Assembly: GCA_051362555.1 (NCBI GenBank)
Contig: CM120649.1
Coordinates: 2,294,001 to 2,358,000 of the forward strand
Length of the DNA: 64,000 nucleotides
Direction of reading: 5' to 3'
From: Lingula anatina
Taxonomy: Eukaryota > Animalia > Brachiopoda
The notes below the pieces were generated by a model, which searched no databases, had not been told where the DNA came from, and saw only the letters and a list, made by a program, of their open reading frames with translations. Positions 51,120-63,554 of the stretch are shown here, piece by piece (position 1 is the stretch's first letter; every line of letters starts with the position of its first letter). A program made the position numbers and the translations under genes.

Positions 51120-51904
51120 TTATGTACCCCCTCAGCAAGTAGAACTGAGACAAGAAAGCTGGTTTAGTTTATATTAAAATGGGTCAATATTATACAAATA
51201 ATGGCTTTGGCTGAGGTCATCTTGGCAGAGGTCAATTATCACAGCTGAAGGTAAAAAATGACCGAAAGGACTGAAACACAGTCTATATCTGTTTTGTTAC
51301 ATGGTCGCAAATTCTGAAGAATTTGAATATGAAATTAATAAAGTATGTTAATGAGTGTTACCAAGAATTATTAAGAAAAATATCAGAAATCACAACAGCT
51401 ATAGGAGCAAAAAGTTGGCACAAATGAAAATAAAAGGCTACAAATAAAAATATAAAAATTAAAATAATTTAATGAGTATCTCCGAGATTAATTAAAAAGA
51501 AAATGATAAACAAAAACAACTATTGAAGCAAAAAAGTTGGCACAAATGAAAAATAAGGACAACTCAAACATGAAGGCAGGTGGTAGGGGAGGGTGGAGGT
51601 TGTAGATAACAATGTTGACCGTCGGGATAGGTAAAAAATTAATTATAATTAATAATAAGTAATAGGTAAATACTTCTATTTCTGTATGTACACATGTGAC
51701 CTTGATTGTATATGTCTTCTGTAATTGTACAAATCGTTATGCATTTTAGATCAGAGGCCTATAACTACAACGGATAAACCCATCAATTAAATTTAACAAA
51801 AATATACTCAAAAGGGCTCCGACGAGGCTCAATATCTGACCAATGTATACGAGATACAGATAAAATCTATGCACCCGTGTCTTTCCAGGTTGCTGTAGTA
51901 CGCC

Positions 51905-52596
51905 ATGAAGACTGCCACCGTTAGCTACGTTTTGGCCATAGCCATTATGGCTGCCTGTGTGGAGTTTATTGGTACGTTTTTAGCCAGTACAGGTCTGTCG
52001 TCATTCACTCTCAAAATAACAGGATAAGTGAAAGGAACAAAGTAAATGTTAAATGTTTGACCATAGGAAAAATTGACGTTGTTTGCTGGTTGATAGAAAT
52101 CGTAAAACAGTGACACAACCCGAGACAGGGAGGAGATTGACTATATATGGAAACAAAACAAATGGCATTGAGCACGTATTTACTTTGATAATATTTTACT
52201 TTTATTAAATGTCCTTCATTCATTTATCAAATAAATGTTGACATGTCGTAAGCCATGTGCTCGGGTTCCAGATTCCTTTTCTTCTTTATTTTCTCTACAG
52301 AATGTGATCATCTGGCCACACAGGGGATCCGTGTGTACATCAGCAGCGTGTCAGGCAACCTGGAGATAAAGAAACAACAACAGAAGATACAGATGGTTCT
52401 CAGCGGAAAGAAGATCGACGCACAGTACATCGATGTCTCATCAAACGACGCCGCCAAGAAATTCATGAGGGAAGGTGCAGGAGAGAAGAGTACTCCCCCA
52501 CAGCTTTTTAACGGCGAGGAATACCTTGGTGATTACGCAGCTTTTGAGAAAGCAGTTGAAGACGAACGTCTTATGGAGTTCCTAAAGTTGAACTGA
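51905..52596 (+). CDS. SH3BGRL: SH3BGR-family (SH3BGRL-like) thioredoxin-fold protein with N-terminal signal peptide
   Basis: Coding exons 51905-51971 (gccATG; MKTATVSYVLAIAIMAACVEFI; donor G|gtacgt) and 52301-52596 (acceptor ttttctctacag) splice in phase 1 to 120 aa. The domain IRVYISSVSGNLEIKKQQQ...PPQLFNGEEYLGDYAAFEKAVEDERLMEFLKL is the SH3BGR signature. A probable non-coding exon ends at 50074 (cag|gtaagt), with an acceptor at 51888. The symbol denotes the family, not orthology. Confidence 0.88.
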
Positions 52597-54359
52597 ATGA
52601 AGTTTGAAGACACTCTAAAGACGACAAGACACACGAATATATATGTGCCTATAATATACTTCAATCGCTATTTTGACGAAAACCTAAAACATGTTTGAAA
52701 ATCAGAAATGTCCGAGCCTGGTGGAGCTGGTTTATAGGGCTATAAACCGGTACATAATGCACAAAAAAATAAATAATAATATAAATGAGGCGTTACTAAA
52801 CTTACAAACTATAACTCGCCTTTCAAAGCATGATATAAATTTACTGTATTTTGGATTTTTAAAACGAAAATTACTCAGTATTTTTCACTCTTTTTAAACA
52901 CACATTATTACATGTCGCGCGTGCGCAGTTAACCTGTTTTTACTGGTCGCGTGTGGTGTCGCACGTGTCACGTCTACCATTCAGTGAGAGCCCCCTCGGA
53001 TTTGGATCGATAGATCGATAGTTTTATTTGGAATGAGCCCTTGTTTGATAGACTCAACAAATCCTTTTATGTACACAATACGTATAACTATCGTTCATCC
53101 CCCGTGTTTTACAGTCTAAAGCGCTGATAGTGTAAATCGTGTACCCTCTGCCAGATTGATTTTTATTAGATATTCACAGATATGTCTCTGGCTTATTCAT
53201 GTCACATTTTTACAAGTGCACATAATTCATTTACGGCCCTGGCAGAGGGTAAAGTGCGGGCCCACTATTCATGCAGCGTCGTCGATCTGTTCTGTTTCTC
53301 TACAGGTATTGTGTGAAGGGCGCAGATTGTGCTGTCCACGCTCACCTAACACATTCTGCTGTCCACGTTCACCTAACGCATTCTGTTGTCTAGGAGCCCC
53401 ATTTTGAGCATAAAAATAATGTGACATCTTGGCTTATGATTAATATAAGATGTAGTCACTAGATGGCGGTAACATCTCAGGTCGTGTTTGGACTTATGTG
53501 GCAAGAATGGTAGTCTGCTAGGAACCGAAGTTCATTCCCCATAATGCTTAGGACAAATCTTTCGGAACAGGAAAATTTTATACATGAAAATAATCAAACA
53601 CATGCAGAAATATTTCAACTTGAGTTTGATAATTTTCATGTATGATCCAACTACCGAGTTAATAAACATTTTTGCTCAGGAGAATTTTAGTTCACAGCTA
53701 GTTAATAGCCAGACCAAACAATCTAGTGTTCCGTCCAAATATCTGTGGACCTGGCGGAGGGTAAAAACCTTGGCGATAAAGTAAAAGTTACCCAATTTTC
53801 AAGGTCGGTAATTACCAATACTTATTATTTTGTACCTTGAGCTTTTTATTTGATTTATTAAATATTTACTTTATTTTCGTATTTGGTAATATAAACGTTT
53901 TTAGCACATTATGTGGTCTGAGCTCGGTCCTATTTTCTTTACACTATAAACTTTTCCCTCTGAGGATGTGTTTTGTTTGGTTTCAATTTGATGTGGTATG
54001 TGGACGATTACTAGATAAATGTTATATGTAAAAATCCTCATGATGAAAAAGCAACTATTGAGGCTTGTGTGTATGAATTCAGATTTAGGCTCACGACGGA
54101 TCATTACCAGAGATTATCGTATTTACTATGGCTCGATCTTTCTGCAAGGGGATTATCACTTAATTGTAATCAGCTAAGGCGGCTTAGATGTCCGTAACGC
54201 CTACTGAAACTGTCATGGAGTAATTAACTATCATTTGGCAGCTTCAGTATGCGTGCCAGACATCTAAGCCGCTTAAGCTGAAAGAAAATTAGCAAGAAAC
54301 CTCCGGACATGGATCGGACCTATTTGATCGATCTTGGTATGGGAACCCAGTCAAACACC

Positions 54360-54672
54360 AAGTTTTCCAGAGACAGCACTACACAGTATCAGAGTTGAAG
54401 ATATGTTATCACCACAAGCGTTAGAACCAGGGTGTAATTCTCAACAATAAATGTGACATATGACATCACACATTAACAAAGTATGTAAATCACCATATTT
54501 CAGTTGGCAACTAATGTCTAAGATTCTTCACCTTATTAACAGCAAGTAAACAGAGCTATTCATCCATGCATTTGTGGCTTCTAAACATGATTACTGCATC
54601 ACCCTGTTGTTGTTCGGAATGCCTAACTATCAAATGGGGAAAATCAGCCTATATAGAATTCAGCAGCTCGTT
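54360..54672 (+). mobile_element. L2/CR1-group LINE fragment
   Basis: Degenerate frames read SHINKVCKS..ISKI..TELFIHAFVAS..DYC..LLFGMP...NSAAR. Confidence 0.7.
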
Positions 54673-55169
54673 TCTACTGATAAAAAATATGTATATAAGA
54701 CGTTCAGATTTAAAACTTGGGAGTTCAGATTGAGATACTGAGGGAGCCCGCTCTGGGGAGCTAGGAGACGGGAGCGAATCATGGGTGATGGTTGAGAAGT
54801 TACAGACTTCACGTAAATGATGTAGTTAAAGAGTGTCAACAAATAAACCATTTAACTGTTCATTATGTGTCCTTGGGTTTTCTTTGAGCGACTTTACGTA
54901 AAGCTGGCATTTACTGAGCCTATATAAAAGTTAAAATACCTAAAGTATACAAAAGGGTTTCATTACATATTTCTTATCAGTGTCGCAATATTTGTCGGTA
55001 CATACTAATTTTCATTATTCAAATTGCACACGTCCACTTACGTTATATAATTACAGGTAAGCTCATAAAACGAGTCGAGTGCACAAGCAAGCGACTCCAA
55101 TCAAATTAATTAACAAGTGTGGAGATTATATTGGTGAACGGTACAAAGCGATACTTTCGAGTTACAGGA

Positions 55170-55606
55170 CCCAGTTCTGCTATCTCTTGTAACAAGTGCC
55201 TCGTGGTGGGACGAGTAAGGTCGGTTCTCACGTACACCCAAGTCTACAGTTTGTGCAGACTTAAAAAACTAGAGTTTGAAAGTATTTGGGAAGTTCCAAA
55301 ACCCCATAAAATAACATGTTAGACATTAGTAGTGGCGGGCGGGTAAGGTAATAACTGCTTAATCATTGACATTCTCCTGTCTTTGTATTGAGCGGTAAAC
55401 AACATGTCCTTGACCAAAATGTTATCAGATAGCCTTCATAGAATAACTTTGCAGACAATCAGCGTCTGGGTTAATAAACTAGCCCAGTTCTGCTATCTCC
55501 TGTATCAAGAACCTCGTGGTGCGGTGTACAGCTCAGGTGACTACGGCTATCAGGACGAGTGAGGTGTGTTCTCACGTACACCCAAGTCTACAGTTAGTGC
55601 AGGCTT
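55170..55606 (+). repeat. Local direct repeat (55170-55262 and 55483-55606)
   Basis: CCCAGTTCTGCTATCTC...CCTCGTGGTG...GGACGAGT...TTCTCACGTACACCCAAGTCTACAGTT occurs twice. Confidence 0.75.
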
Positions 55607-56048
55607 GAATGAGCCATCTACCCGTGCTTTAAATTCAACTTGATAGGCCTAATCGGCTATTACATTTTAATGCAAATATTCTTTTTCTTTTTGCCGAGAA
55701 GGAAATGATAGTGGAAAATCACTTGAAACATCTTTCGCTCATTAAACTACAGGTTTTTTTTTCTTTTTTTTAATCAAAATACCGTTTAAAGCGCAAACCC
55801 ATGAAACTGCGTTAGGGGATGCAATCAAAAGGGAAATCAGTGGTATTTTAGTTAATTAATTTTTACAAAGTTACTTGGCAGATAAAAATCCATATTACTT
55901 TGACGTAATATTCATTTTAATTATTAAAATAATGTCTGCAATATTTGTAGACGTGGAAACAATCACTAACGTTTTAATTATACAGGGAAGCAATCGATAG
56001 TTAAACAGATAAGGATACTTGAACACGTTACCTTTATCAAACCAGGAC

Positions 56049-56082
<34 letters not shown>
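56049..56082. repeat. (GT)n microsatellite
   Basis: Directly visible. Confidence 0.9.
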
Positions 56083-56085
<3 letters not shown>

Positions 56086-56690
56086 TTGTTACACACGTTG
56101 AAGATCTACATGAGATACTGAAAACTACCGACACCATACCGAAACGTAACGGAATACGCTGTCGGTGGAAGTGGTGTCTGAACAGCAGGCTGAGCGCTAA
56201 AACAAAGAACTCAAACTGATTATACTGTGCTACACTTGCCTACATGTACGTATATCAAACATTGTCTCTTATCATGTTTACCAGATATAATTTACAGACA
56301 CGTTAATATTTAATAAAAACAGGTGATTCTGTAACAGTCCATGGGTCCAAGGAGGGTGGCGAGAGGATAATACAGAAATAAGAACCTTTTTAAACAAGAC
56401 TTGGAAATTATACTATTCTGCAGTTTATACAATCATGGTACATTATATTCATAAAGGAATAAACCATGCACGAGATGCTCCATGACATACAGGAACATTT
56501 GGTAAAAATGGTCATTTGCTGTCTATAACTGAAAGAGTTGTAAATGCAGGCCAACCTTAACACATTGCCTTTGGAAGGTGATTTAAGACTCTTCGGTGCG
56601 TCAGTCATCAAAGTGTAGGCGACCCTTGCAACCCTCACCGTCCTTTGCACAGATTTCATCACACAGTCATGTGACACGGCCTGGTGTTCT

Positions 56691-56700
56691 TGTATATAAC
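56691..56700 (+). promoter_or_regulatory. Candidate TATA box of the TRIM gene
   Basis: TGTATATAAC about 35 nt before the first ATG and about 120 nt before the likely start codon. Position alone; not validated. Confidence 0.3.
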
Positions 56701-56815
56701 ACAGGCGCTGCAGCGTTAAACAATCCAGTCAATGACAGAGAATGCGCCGTTTTTAAGTGACGAGACTAATTATACAGACTTTTGGCTGTGTTCGAACCTA
56801 ACTCAGTTTAAAGTC

Positions 56816-58663
56816 ATGGCATCTAAGAAGTTGTACGACGTCTTCAGTGACAATTTTCTCACGTGTCACATCTGTCTTCATGAGTATGAGGACCCGCGTG
56901 TCCTCCCATGCTATCACACTTTCTGCCTGGCTTGTCTTGCCCAGCACGTAGCAGCAAGTGGGACGGGAGGCAACATCACGTGTCCAGTGTGCCTTCAGGA
57001 GGCGCCTGTTCCACCAGGTGGGATAGAGAAACTTGTCCGTAACTTCTTTTTGTCCAAGGTGAAGGACTTCATGTTGACAACAGAGAATAAAGACAAAATG
57101 TGCGGTAACTGTGACTCACAGGTTGCTCAATTTTACTGTCAAGACTGCAGACATTTTTTATGTGAGATCTGTCGACAAAAACAGCATGACGCAATAAAAA
57201 TTCTGCGGGGACACAAAATAATATCAGCGTCTGATCACGATAAGCAAGTCCAGGAAGAAATGGACGCTAGACTATTTTGTGATAAACACAAAGGACAACA
57301 GTTAATCTTTTATTGCACAGATGACGATGTTGTTGTGTGTCGTGACTGTATTCTCACCAAACACAACAAACACAACTGTGTAGACATTGCAGATGTAGCA
57401 AAAATCCATAAAGAAAAAATAAATAGTGCCTTTAATCATTTATCTAAGAACATTGCACTGTTTGAAAAAGCAGAGTCAGAAATATCTAAGCAACAGAAAT
57501 ATACAACTGACGTCGTAAACAAAACGGTGACCGACATACAACAACAGGAGGCGGATATTATAAAAGAGGTTCAGCGTATTTCTGCTCAGTTGATAGCAGA
57601 AGCAAAAGACCACGCCGCAACGCACATGAAGTTACTCGAGACTGAGAAAGATCGCGTTCAACTACAGAAAGTATCCATCCACAGCACATGTGAGTTTGCC
57701 AAACAGCTTGTTCAACATGGCTCCCACACGGAGGTGATGACACACGCTAAAAATATCCAAGCAAGGATGAAAGAACTGAACAATGTCAGACCCACCGTAC
57801 AGGTAAAAACAATAGAGATCACTTTCAGTAAAGGAAAACTTCCAGCGGACTTCTTTGGTCGCGTGAATAAGTTAGAATGGCTAAGTACTGCATCTTTGGT
57901 GGGTGAGCTTGATAGCAGTATGAAAGATGTATGGGACATATCGTGCAGTCAAAGTGGAACAATATATTTAGTTTCCTGGTTATCAGATAAACTAACAGCG
58001 CTATCACCATCTCATGAGGTGATATTTCAGGTTGATGTACTAGGTCCCAGGGATGTCACCGTGCTCAGTGATGACAGACTAGTGGTTACATGTGATGATG
58101 GATGCCGAGTGTATTCTTCCTCCGGAAAACATGTCCAAACATTTGGTCAGGGTGACATGTCTGCGCCATGGGGTGTTACAGTGGACAACAATGGACACAT
58201 ACTTGTCTGTGATGGGACCAATAAATGTGTCTGTGTGTATGACGCTGTGCAGTACAATCTTATCAATAAGATAAGTGTTCCTATGTGTGAAGACCCACGA
58301 TACATTGCAGTGCTCCCATGTCGTGACACCATTGTGGTGAGTGACTGTAATGGACACTGTGTATATGGAGTGACCCCCCAGGGTGATGTAGTTTTCCAGT
58401 ATGGTACACCAGGTGAGAGCGGCTCAGGTGATGGATACCTGTACTACCCCTGGGGAGTGTGTACAGACAGCGTGGGGCACATCTTCATCGCTGACCAGTT
58501 CAATTACAGGGTGGTTGTTCTGACCTCAGATGGTCAACTGTTGAGATATGTGGTGGGTCCACAACAGGTTTCACAGCCAAGGGGTGTGGCCATTGATAAC
58601 AAAGGACAGCTTGTAGTGGGGGAGTGTAGAGGCAAGGTGAACACATTTCGCTATGTTCATTAA
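56816..58663 (+). CDS. TRIM-NHL E3 ubiquitin ligase (TRIM2/3/56/71-like), intronless
   Basis: Single ORF (open from 56732; likely start MASKK at 56816, gtcATGg). C3HC4 RING (CHICLHEYEDPRVLPCYHTFCLACL...CPVC), B-box 1 (CGNC...CQDC...CEIC...H), B-box 2 (CDKH...FYCTDDDVVVCRDC...H..H), coiled coil, and NHL repeats (PWGVTVD, PWGVCTD, PRGVAID). Confidence 0.93.
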   Translation: MASKKLYDVFSDNFLTCHICLHEYEDPRVLPCYHTFCLACLAQHVAASGTGGNITCPVCLQEAPVPPGGIEKLVRNFFLSKVKDFMLTTENKDKMCGNCDSQVAQFYCQDCRHFLCEICRQKQHDAIKILRGHKIISASDHDKQVQEEMDARLFCDKHKGQQLIFYCTDDDVVVCRDCILTKHNKHNCVDIADVAKIHKEKINSAFNHLSKNIALFEKAESEISKQQKYTTDVVNKTVTDIQQQEADIIKEVQRISAQLIAEAKDHAATHMKLLETEKDRVQLQKVSIHSTCEFAKQLVQHGSHTEVMTHAKNIQARMKELNNVRPTVQVKTIEITFSKGKLPADFFGRVNKLEWLSTASLVGELDSSMKDVWDISCSQSGTIYLVSWLSDKLTALSPSHEVIFQVDVLGPRDVTVLSDDRLVVTCDDGCRVYSSSGKHVQTFGQGDMSAPWGVTVDNNGHILVCDGTNKCVCVYDAVQYNLINKISVPMCEDPRYIAVLPCRDTIVVSDCNGHCVYGVTPQGDVVFQYGTPGESGSGDGYLYYPWGVCTDSVGHIFIADQFNYRVVVLTSDGQLLRYVVGPQQVSQPRGVAIDNKGQLVVGECRGKVNTFRYVH

Positions 58664-59133
58664 CTACAAATTAAGTATCAGACGTTAACCAGCCGACATC
58701 ATTTTTAACACAAAAGGAGAGAAGAATTACAGTGAAACTCTCTGCATGAACTTTATTTGATGAACACATTATAATGGATATTTCTGAAATAATAACTGTT
58801 ATATTGGAAGGTGATAATATTGGTTAAATAACTATAAGTTATACGCTAATGTAGGAGTGGGAAAGTAAAATAATCCATAAAACAGTTTAATTACTAGTTT
58901 TTCACTCTTTTTGGCACTTTCACAGACAAGTTAAACCGCTGTATAATAAAGCTACAATCTTTTATTTGAGCAATAATGATGTTTCTTAAAATATGACAAA
59001 GTGCGACAAGTGATTTTACGCTCATTAAATCAAATGTTCATGTAACACGATTGCGCGATCTTTTGTATTCTACATATATGATGTAAAGAAATGTTTTTAA
59101 AAATATCGTCAGTAATACCAGTATTTACTGTAA

Positions 59134-59347
59134 CACCCCATTTCCATAGATTAGATCGACCTACTTTAGATCGACCTAACTCCCTGGGGGTTCACGCTAA
59201 ATAGCTGTCAGCCGGGCGGACACGAAAGTTAATTACCCCTCACAGCTTGTAGTAGGCGGGGACGGACACTTAAGGGGGATTATCTGACAGTAATCTAGTG
59301 AGACTCCCCGCGGTGATAGATCGATCTAAAGTTGTGGGAATAGACCC
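59134..59347. mobile_element. PIF/Harbinger-like MITE, family A (copy 4)
   Basis: 214 bp, TAA on both flanks, same internal sequence as 104-330 and 20440-20653. Confidence 0.85.
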
Positions 59348-60867
59348 TAAGACCAGCTGGTATATTGTAACACTAACGTAAGCGCTGGGACATTATGGTT
59401 TTACCTCCAACCGCTGCGATATCCACATGAAGGCGGATACAAGTCACCGTTACCGCGTTCCTCATACACTACACGTGGATTAGCTACTTGGACCTGAGGT
59501 CACAAACTCAAATCAAAAGTAAATGAGCAATATTTGTTTTATTATTTCTTTGATATCTTTCTTTTCATGTACAAATATGTGAGTTTAGTTTGTGATTTTA
59601 CAGAAAAGGGAAAATGAATTGCTGACTGCCATTACATCATACAGTAAAAAAAAAAACTTTAACGGGCGTGTGACTGGATATATGGGCTAACAAAATAATT
59701 TGATTGCGCAGTTTGTGTTATTTATCTTTTTAGATTTTTTAAATTCTTCCTCTCCATTTCCAACTTTTCATTAGAAGTACCATTTAGAATCAAATGCATT
59801 TCACCTTTAAATCTGAAATAAGCACTGGAATGATTTTGAATATTAATAGCACATTCTGAGACCACCACGTTGTAAGAATTATCATTAAAAAGTATATTTA
59901 TTCCACGTTGTATTTGTCACTGAACGGCAACAGGTACGCCATTGCGCATTTGTTCAACAGATATCCTAACTCGAGGGAATGGCCAGCTCAGACTGGCAGA
60001 ATGGTCAGTGGCAACGGCTGATTGAAAACTGTTCAAAACTTGACCTTCTTAGCTAAATTATGACAACATTAAAACAAATTTTCCTTTCGTAAAAGCAGTT
60101 GACGGGAGTTGGCCGCCGAGTTCATTACTAAATGTATTTAGAGAATGTGATAGTATTTAGCTTTATTCGTTTGAAGGGGTGTTTTACGGTGAAATGAGAA
60201 TTTTTTCTCTCCGTATGCATGTTAAACTCTACACTGCCACCCTCTCACGACATATGCCTTGAACACCTATCACTGAGGCTCGAGATGTTCTGGGATATAT
60301 CGCTCAGGTGACAGAGTATTGTCTCACACCTATCCCACACCCGTGACAGTCACACCCACCAGTGTGCTGAGAACGCCACCAGACCACACCCTCTTGCTCT
60401 CTCCTTGTTACTTAGTCAGGTAAGTGAAATATTATACAAACAGTATATAGTTTGTTAATCATAAACAACATTACAGGTGATACAGTTCTGTGTTTGGTTA
60501 GCTACGATTTTATATCATAACTAACGCAATAATGGTAAAGGCCGACTGTCGTGAGTAACAAATACATGTATGATCGGAGTCGAATTACTTCTACCACCAG
60601 TTATTTCATATTGTATTGAAATTGTGATGTGGAGCGTCGATGAAATCATGAAAATAATCTCTCTTCATCTCCCCTCCCTCGTTCCTTCTTACTTCGCTTC
60701 TTTTTCTACCTCTTTGACCCCCCCCTCTCTCTCTCTCTCTCTCTCTGTATTAGATTTAATAAAAATATACTCAAAAGGGCTCCGACGAGACTCAACGTCC
60801 GACCATTGTATGCGAGATACAGATAAAAGCTATGCCCCCGTGTCTTTCCAGGTTGCTGTAGTACGCC

Positions 60868-61070
60868 ATGAAGAGTGCCTCCGTTAGCTACGTTTTGGCC
60901 ATAACCATTATGGCTGCCTGTGTGGAGTTTATTGGTATGTTCTTAGCAATTACAGGTCTGTTACGACGCGTTGAGTATTCCCCCGCAGCTTTTTAACGGC
61001 AAGGAATACCTAGGTGATTACCGAGCTTTTGACGAAGCAGTTGAAGACGAACGTCTCATGTTTAAAAATG
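60868..61070 (+). pseudogene. Deleted duplicate of the signal-peptide SH3BGRL gene
   Basis: The signal exon is intact (MKSASVSYVLAITIMAACVEFI, G|gtatgt). About 490 bp covering the acceptor and the first two-thirds of the domain are missing; only PPQLFNGKEYLGDYRAFDEAVEDERLM remains. Confidence 0.85.
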
Positions 61071-62404
61071 AAGTTTTAAGACCCTGTAAAGACGACAAGA
61101 CACGCGAATGTACATGTGTGTATAATGTACTTCAACCGCCATTTTGACGAAAACCTCACAAAATATTTGAAAAGCAGAAATGTCCGAAGCTGGCGGAGCT
61201 GACATGGTTGTATTTATGGAGTATATACGGGTACATAATAAATAATGAAATAAATAATGATATAAATGAGGTGATACTACACTGTACAAAATATAAACCA
61301 CACTTAAAGTAAGATGCATGTTGTTTAAAACGAGAATTGTTCAGTATTTTCACTCTTTCAAGAGAAGTATTATTTTGCAATCTAGGCTTAAATTCTTTAT
61401 GCACCTGGCATTTGAATACACATTTCTACATATAATGACGCCCGTGCGCAGTTAACCTGTTCCTACTAGTCGCGTGTGGTGTCGCACGTGTCACCGGAAA
61501 TGGGCATGCACACAAGACTACCATTCAGTGAGAGTCCCCTCGGATTTTGATCGATAGAGCGATAGTTTTATTTGGAATGAGCCCTTGTTTGATAGACTCA
61601 ACAAATCCTTTTATGTACACAATACGCTAAACTATCGTATAACGCATGTGTTTTGCAGTCTCGTAAGCGCTGATAGTGTAAAGCGGGTACCCTCTACCAG
61701 GGCCACAGATTGATTTTTCATTAGATATTCACAGATATGTCTCTGGTTTATTCATATCACATTTTTACAAGTGCACATAATTCATCTACAGCCCTGGCAG
61801 AGGTTAAAATGCGGGCCCACTATTCATGCAGCGTCGTCGATCTGTTCTGTTTCTCTACAGGTATTGTGTGAAGGGCGCAGATTGTGTTGTCCACGCTCAC
61901 CTAAAGCATTCTGTTGCCCTCGTTCACTTAACGCATTCTGTTTTGTAGGAGCCCCATTTTGAGCATACACATAATGTAACGCCTTGTCTTATGATTAATA
62001 CAAGATGCAGTCACTAGATGGCGGTAACATCTCAGGTCGCGTTTGGACTGATGTGACAAGAATGGTAGTCTGATAGAAACCGTAGTCCATTCCCCATAAT
62101 GCTTAGGACAATTTTTTCGGAACAGGAAAATTTTACACATAAAAATTATCAAACACAAGCTGAAATATTTCAGCTCGTGTTTGATAATTTTCATGTTTGA
62201 TCCAACTACCAAGCTAAATGAACAGTATTGCTCAGGAAAATTTTAGTTCACAGCTAGTGAATAGCCAGACAAAACGTGTATCTAGTGTTCTGTTCAAATA
62301 TCTGTGGACCTGGCGGAGGGTAGAAACCCTGGCGATAAAGGAAAAGTTACCCAAATTTCAAGGTCGGAAATTACCCATATTTATTATAATTTATTATTAT
62401 TATA

Positions 62405-62441
<37 letters not shown>

Positions 62442-62720
62442 TTGTACCTTGAGCTTTTTATTTGATTTATTTAATATTTACCTTATTTTTGTATTTGGTA
62501 ATATAAAAGTTTTAAGCACATTATGTGGTCTGAGCTCGGTCCTATTCTCTTTACACTACACACTTTACCCACTGAGGATATATTTTGTTTGGTTTTAATT
62601 TGATGTGGTATGTGGATGATTACTAGATAAATGTTATATGTAAAAAATCCTCATGATGAAAAACCAACTATTGAGACTTGTGTGCATGAATTCAGATTTT
62701 GGCTCACGACAAACTACTTA

Positions 62721-62968
62721 GACACCATTACCATAGATTATCGTATTTACTATGGCTCCATCTTTCTCCTCTCCCGCTAAATTGTAATCAGATTAGGCGA
62801 CTTAGATATCCAAAACGCCTACTGAAACTGCCAGGGGTTAATTAACCACGGTTTGGCAGATTCAGATGGCGTGCCAGACATCTAAGCCGCTTAAACTGAA
62901 AGCAATTTAGCGAGAAACCTCCGGAGATGGATCGGACTTATTAGATCGATCTTGGTATGGGAACCCAG
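62721..62968. mobile_element. Degenerate MITE related to family A (paralog at ~54100-54349)
   Basis: Starts TTA-GACACCATTACCATAGATTA and ends TAGATCGATCTTGGTATGGGAACCC, resembling family A termini with a different interior. Confidence 0.5.
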
Positions 62969-62974
62969 AAAAAA

Positions 62975-63473
62975 ATCCTCAATGATGATAAAACTGAATT
63001 GATCTATTTCAACTCTAAATTTTACAAAGACAGCACAATACTACACAGTATCAGAGTTGAAGATATGTTAACACAACAATCGTTAGAACCAGGGTGTTAT
63101 TTTCAACAATAAATGTGGTATATGAAATCACACATTAACAAAGTGTGTAAATCATCATATTCAGTCTGCAACGAATATCTAAGATTCTGCACCTTATTAA
63201 CAGCAAGTACACAGAGCTACTTATCCATGCGTTTCTGACTTCTAGACATGATTATTGCAACATCCTGTTGTTCGAAATGCCTAACTGTCAAATGGGAAAA
63301 AAACAGTCTATACAGAATTCAGAATTCAGCAGCTCGTTCCCTTCGTAACCTCAGAAGTCACACCACATCACGTGATTCCCACATGTACAGCAGATCTTCG
63401 TTGGTTACCCACATCCAGCCTCAAAGAATAGCATATATGATATTATTATTGACTTTATATGAAAATATAATAG

Positions 63474-63475
<2 letters not shown>
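62975..63475 (+). mobile_element. L2/CR1-group LINE fragment
   Basis: Degenerate frames read NDDKTELI...MKSHINKVCKSSY...RISKI...TELLIHAFLTSRHDYCN...LYRIQNSAAR. Confidence 0.78.

Positions 63476-63554
<79 letters not shown>

Larger units (their letters stand above)
51787..54672 (+). repeat. Segmental duplication, paralog at ~60749-63338
   Basis: Colinear similarity across the SH3BGRL gene, downstream DNA, a MITE and a LINE fragment. 50020-50250 also matches 60370-60575. Confidence 0.9.

Noticed and set aside
52255-52300. MCSGSRFLFFFIFST start of the SH3BGRL ORF
   Set aside because: It is the polypyrimidine tract and acceptor of the intron; the Phe run reflects T-richness.
53156-53407. Cys-rich ORF with CCPRSP repeats, also at 61771-61962
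   Set aside because: It derives from a 27-bp tandem repeat, has no ATG start or signal peptide, and splicing from the signal exon to the AG at 53304 gives an immediate stop.
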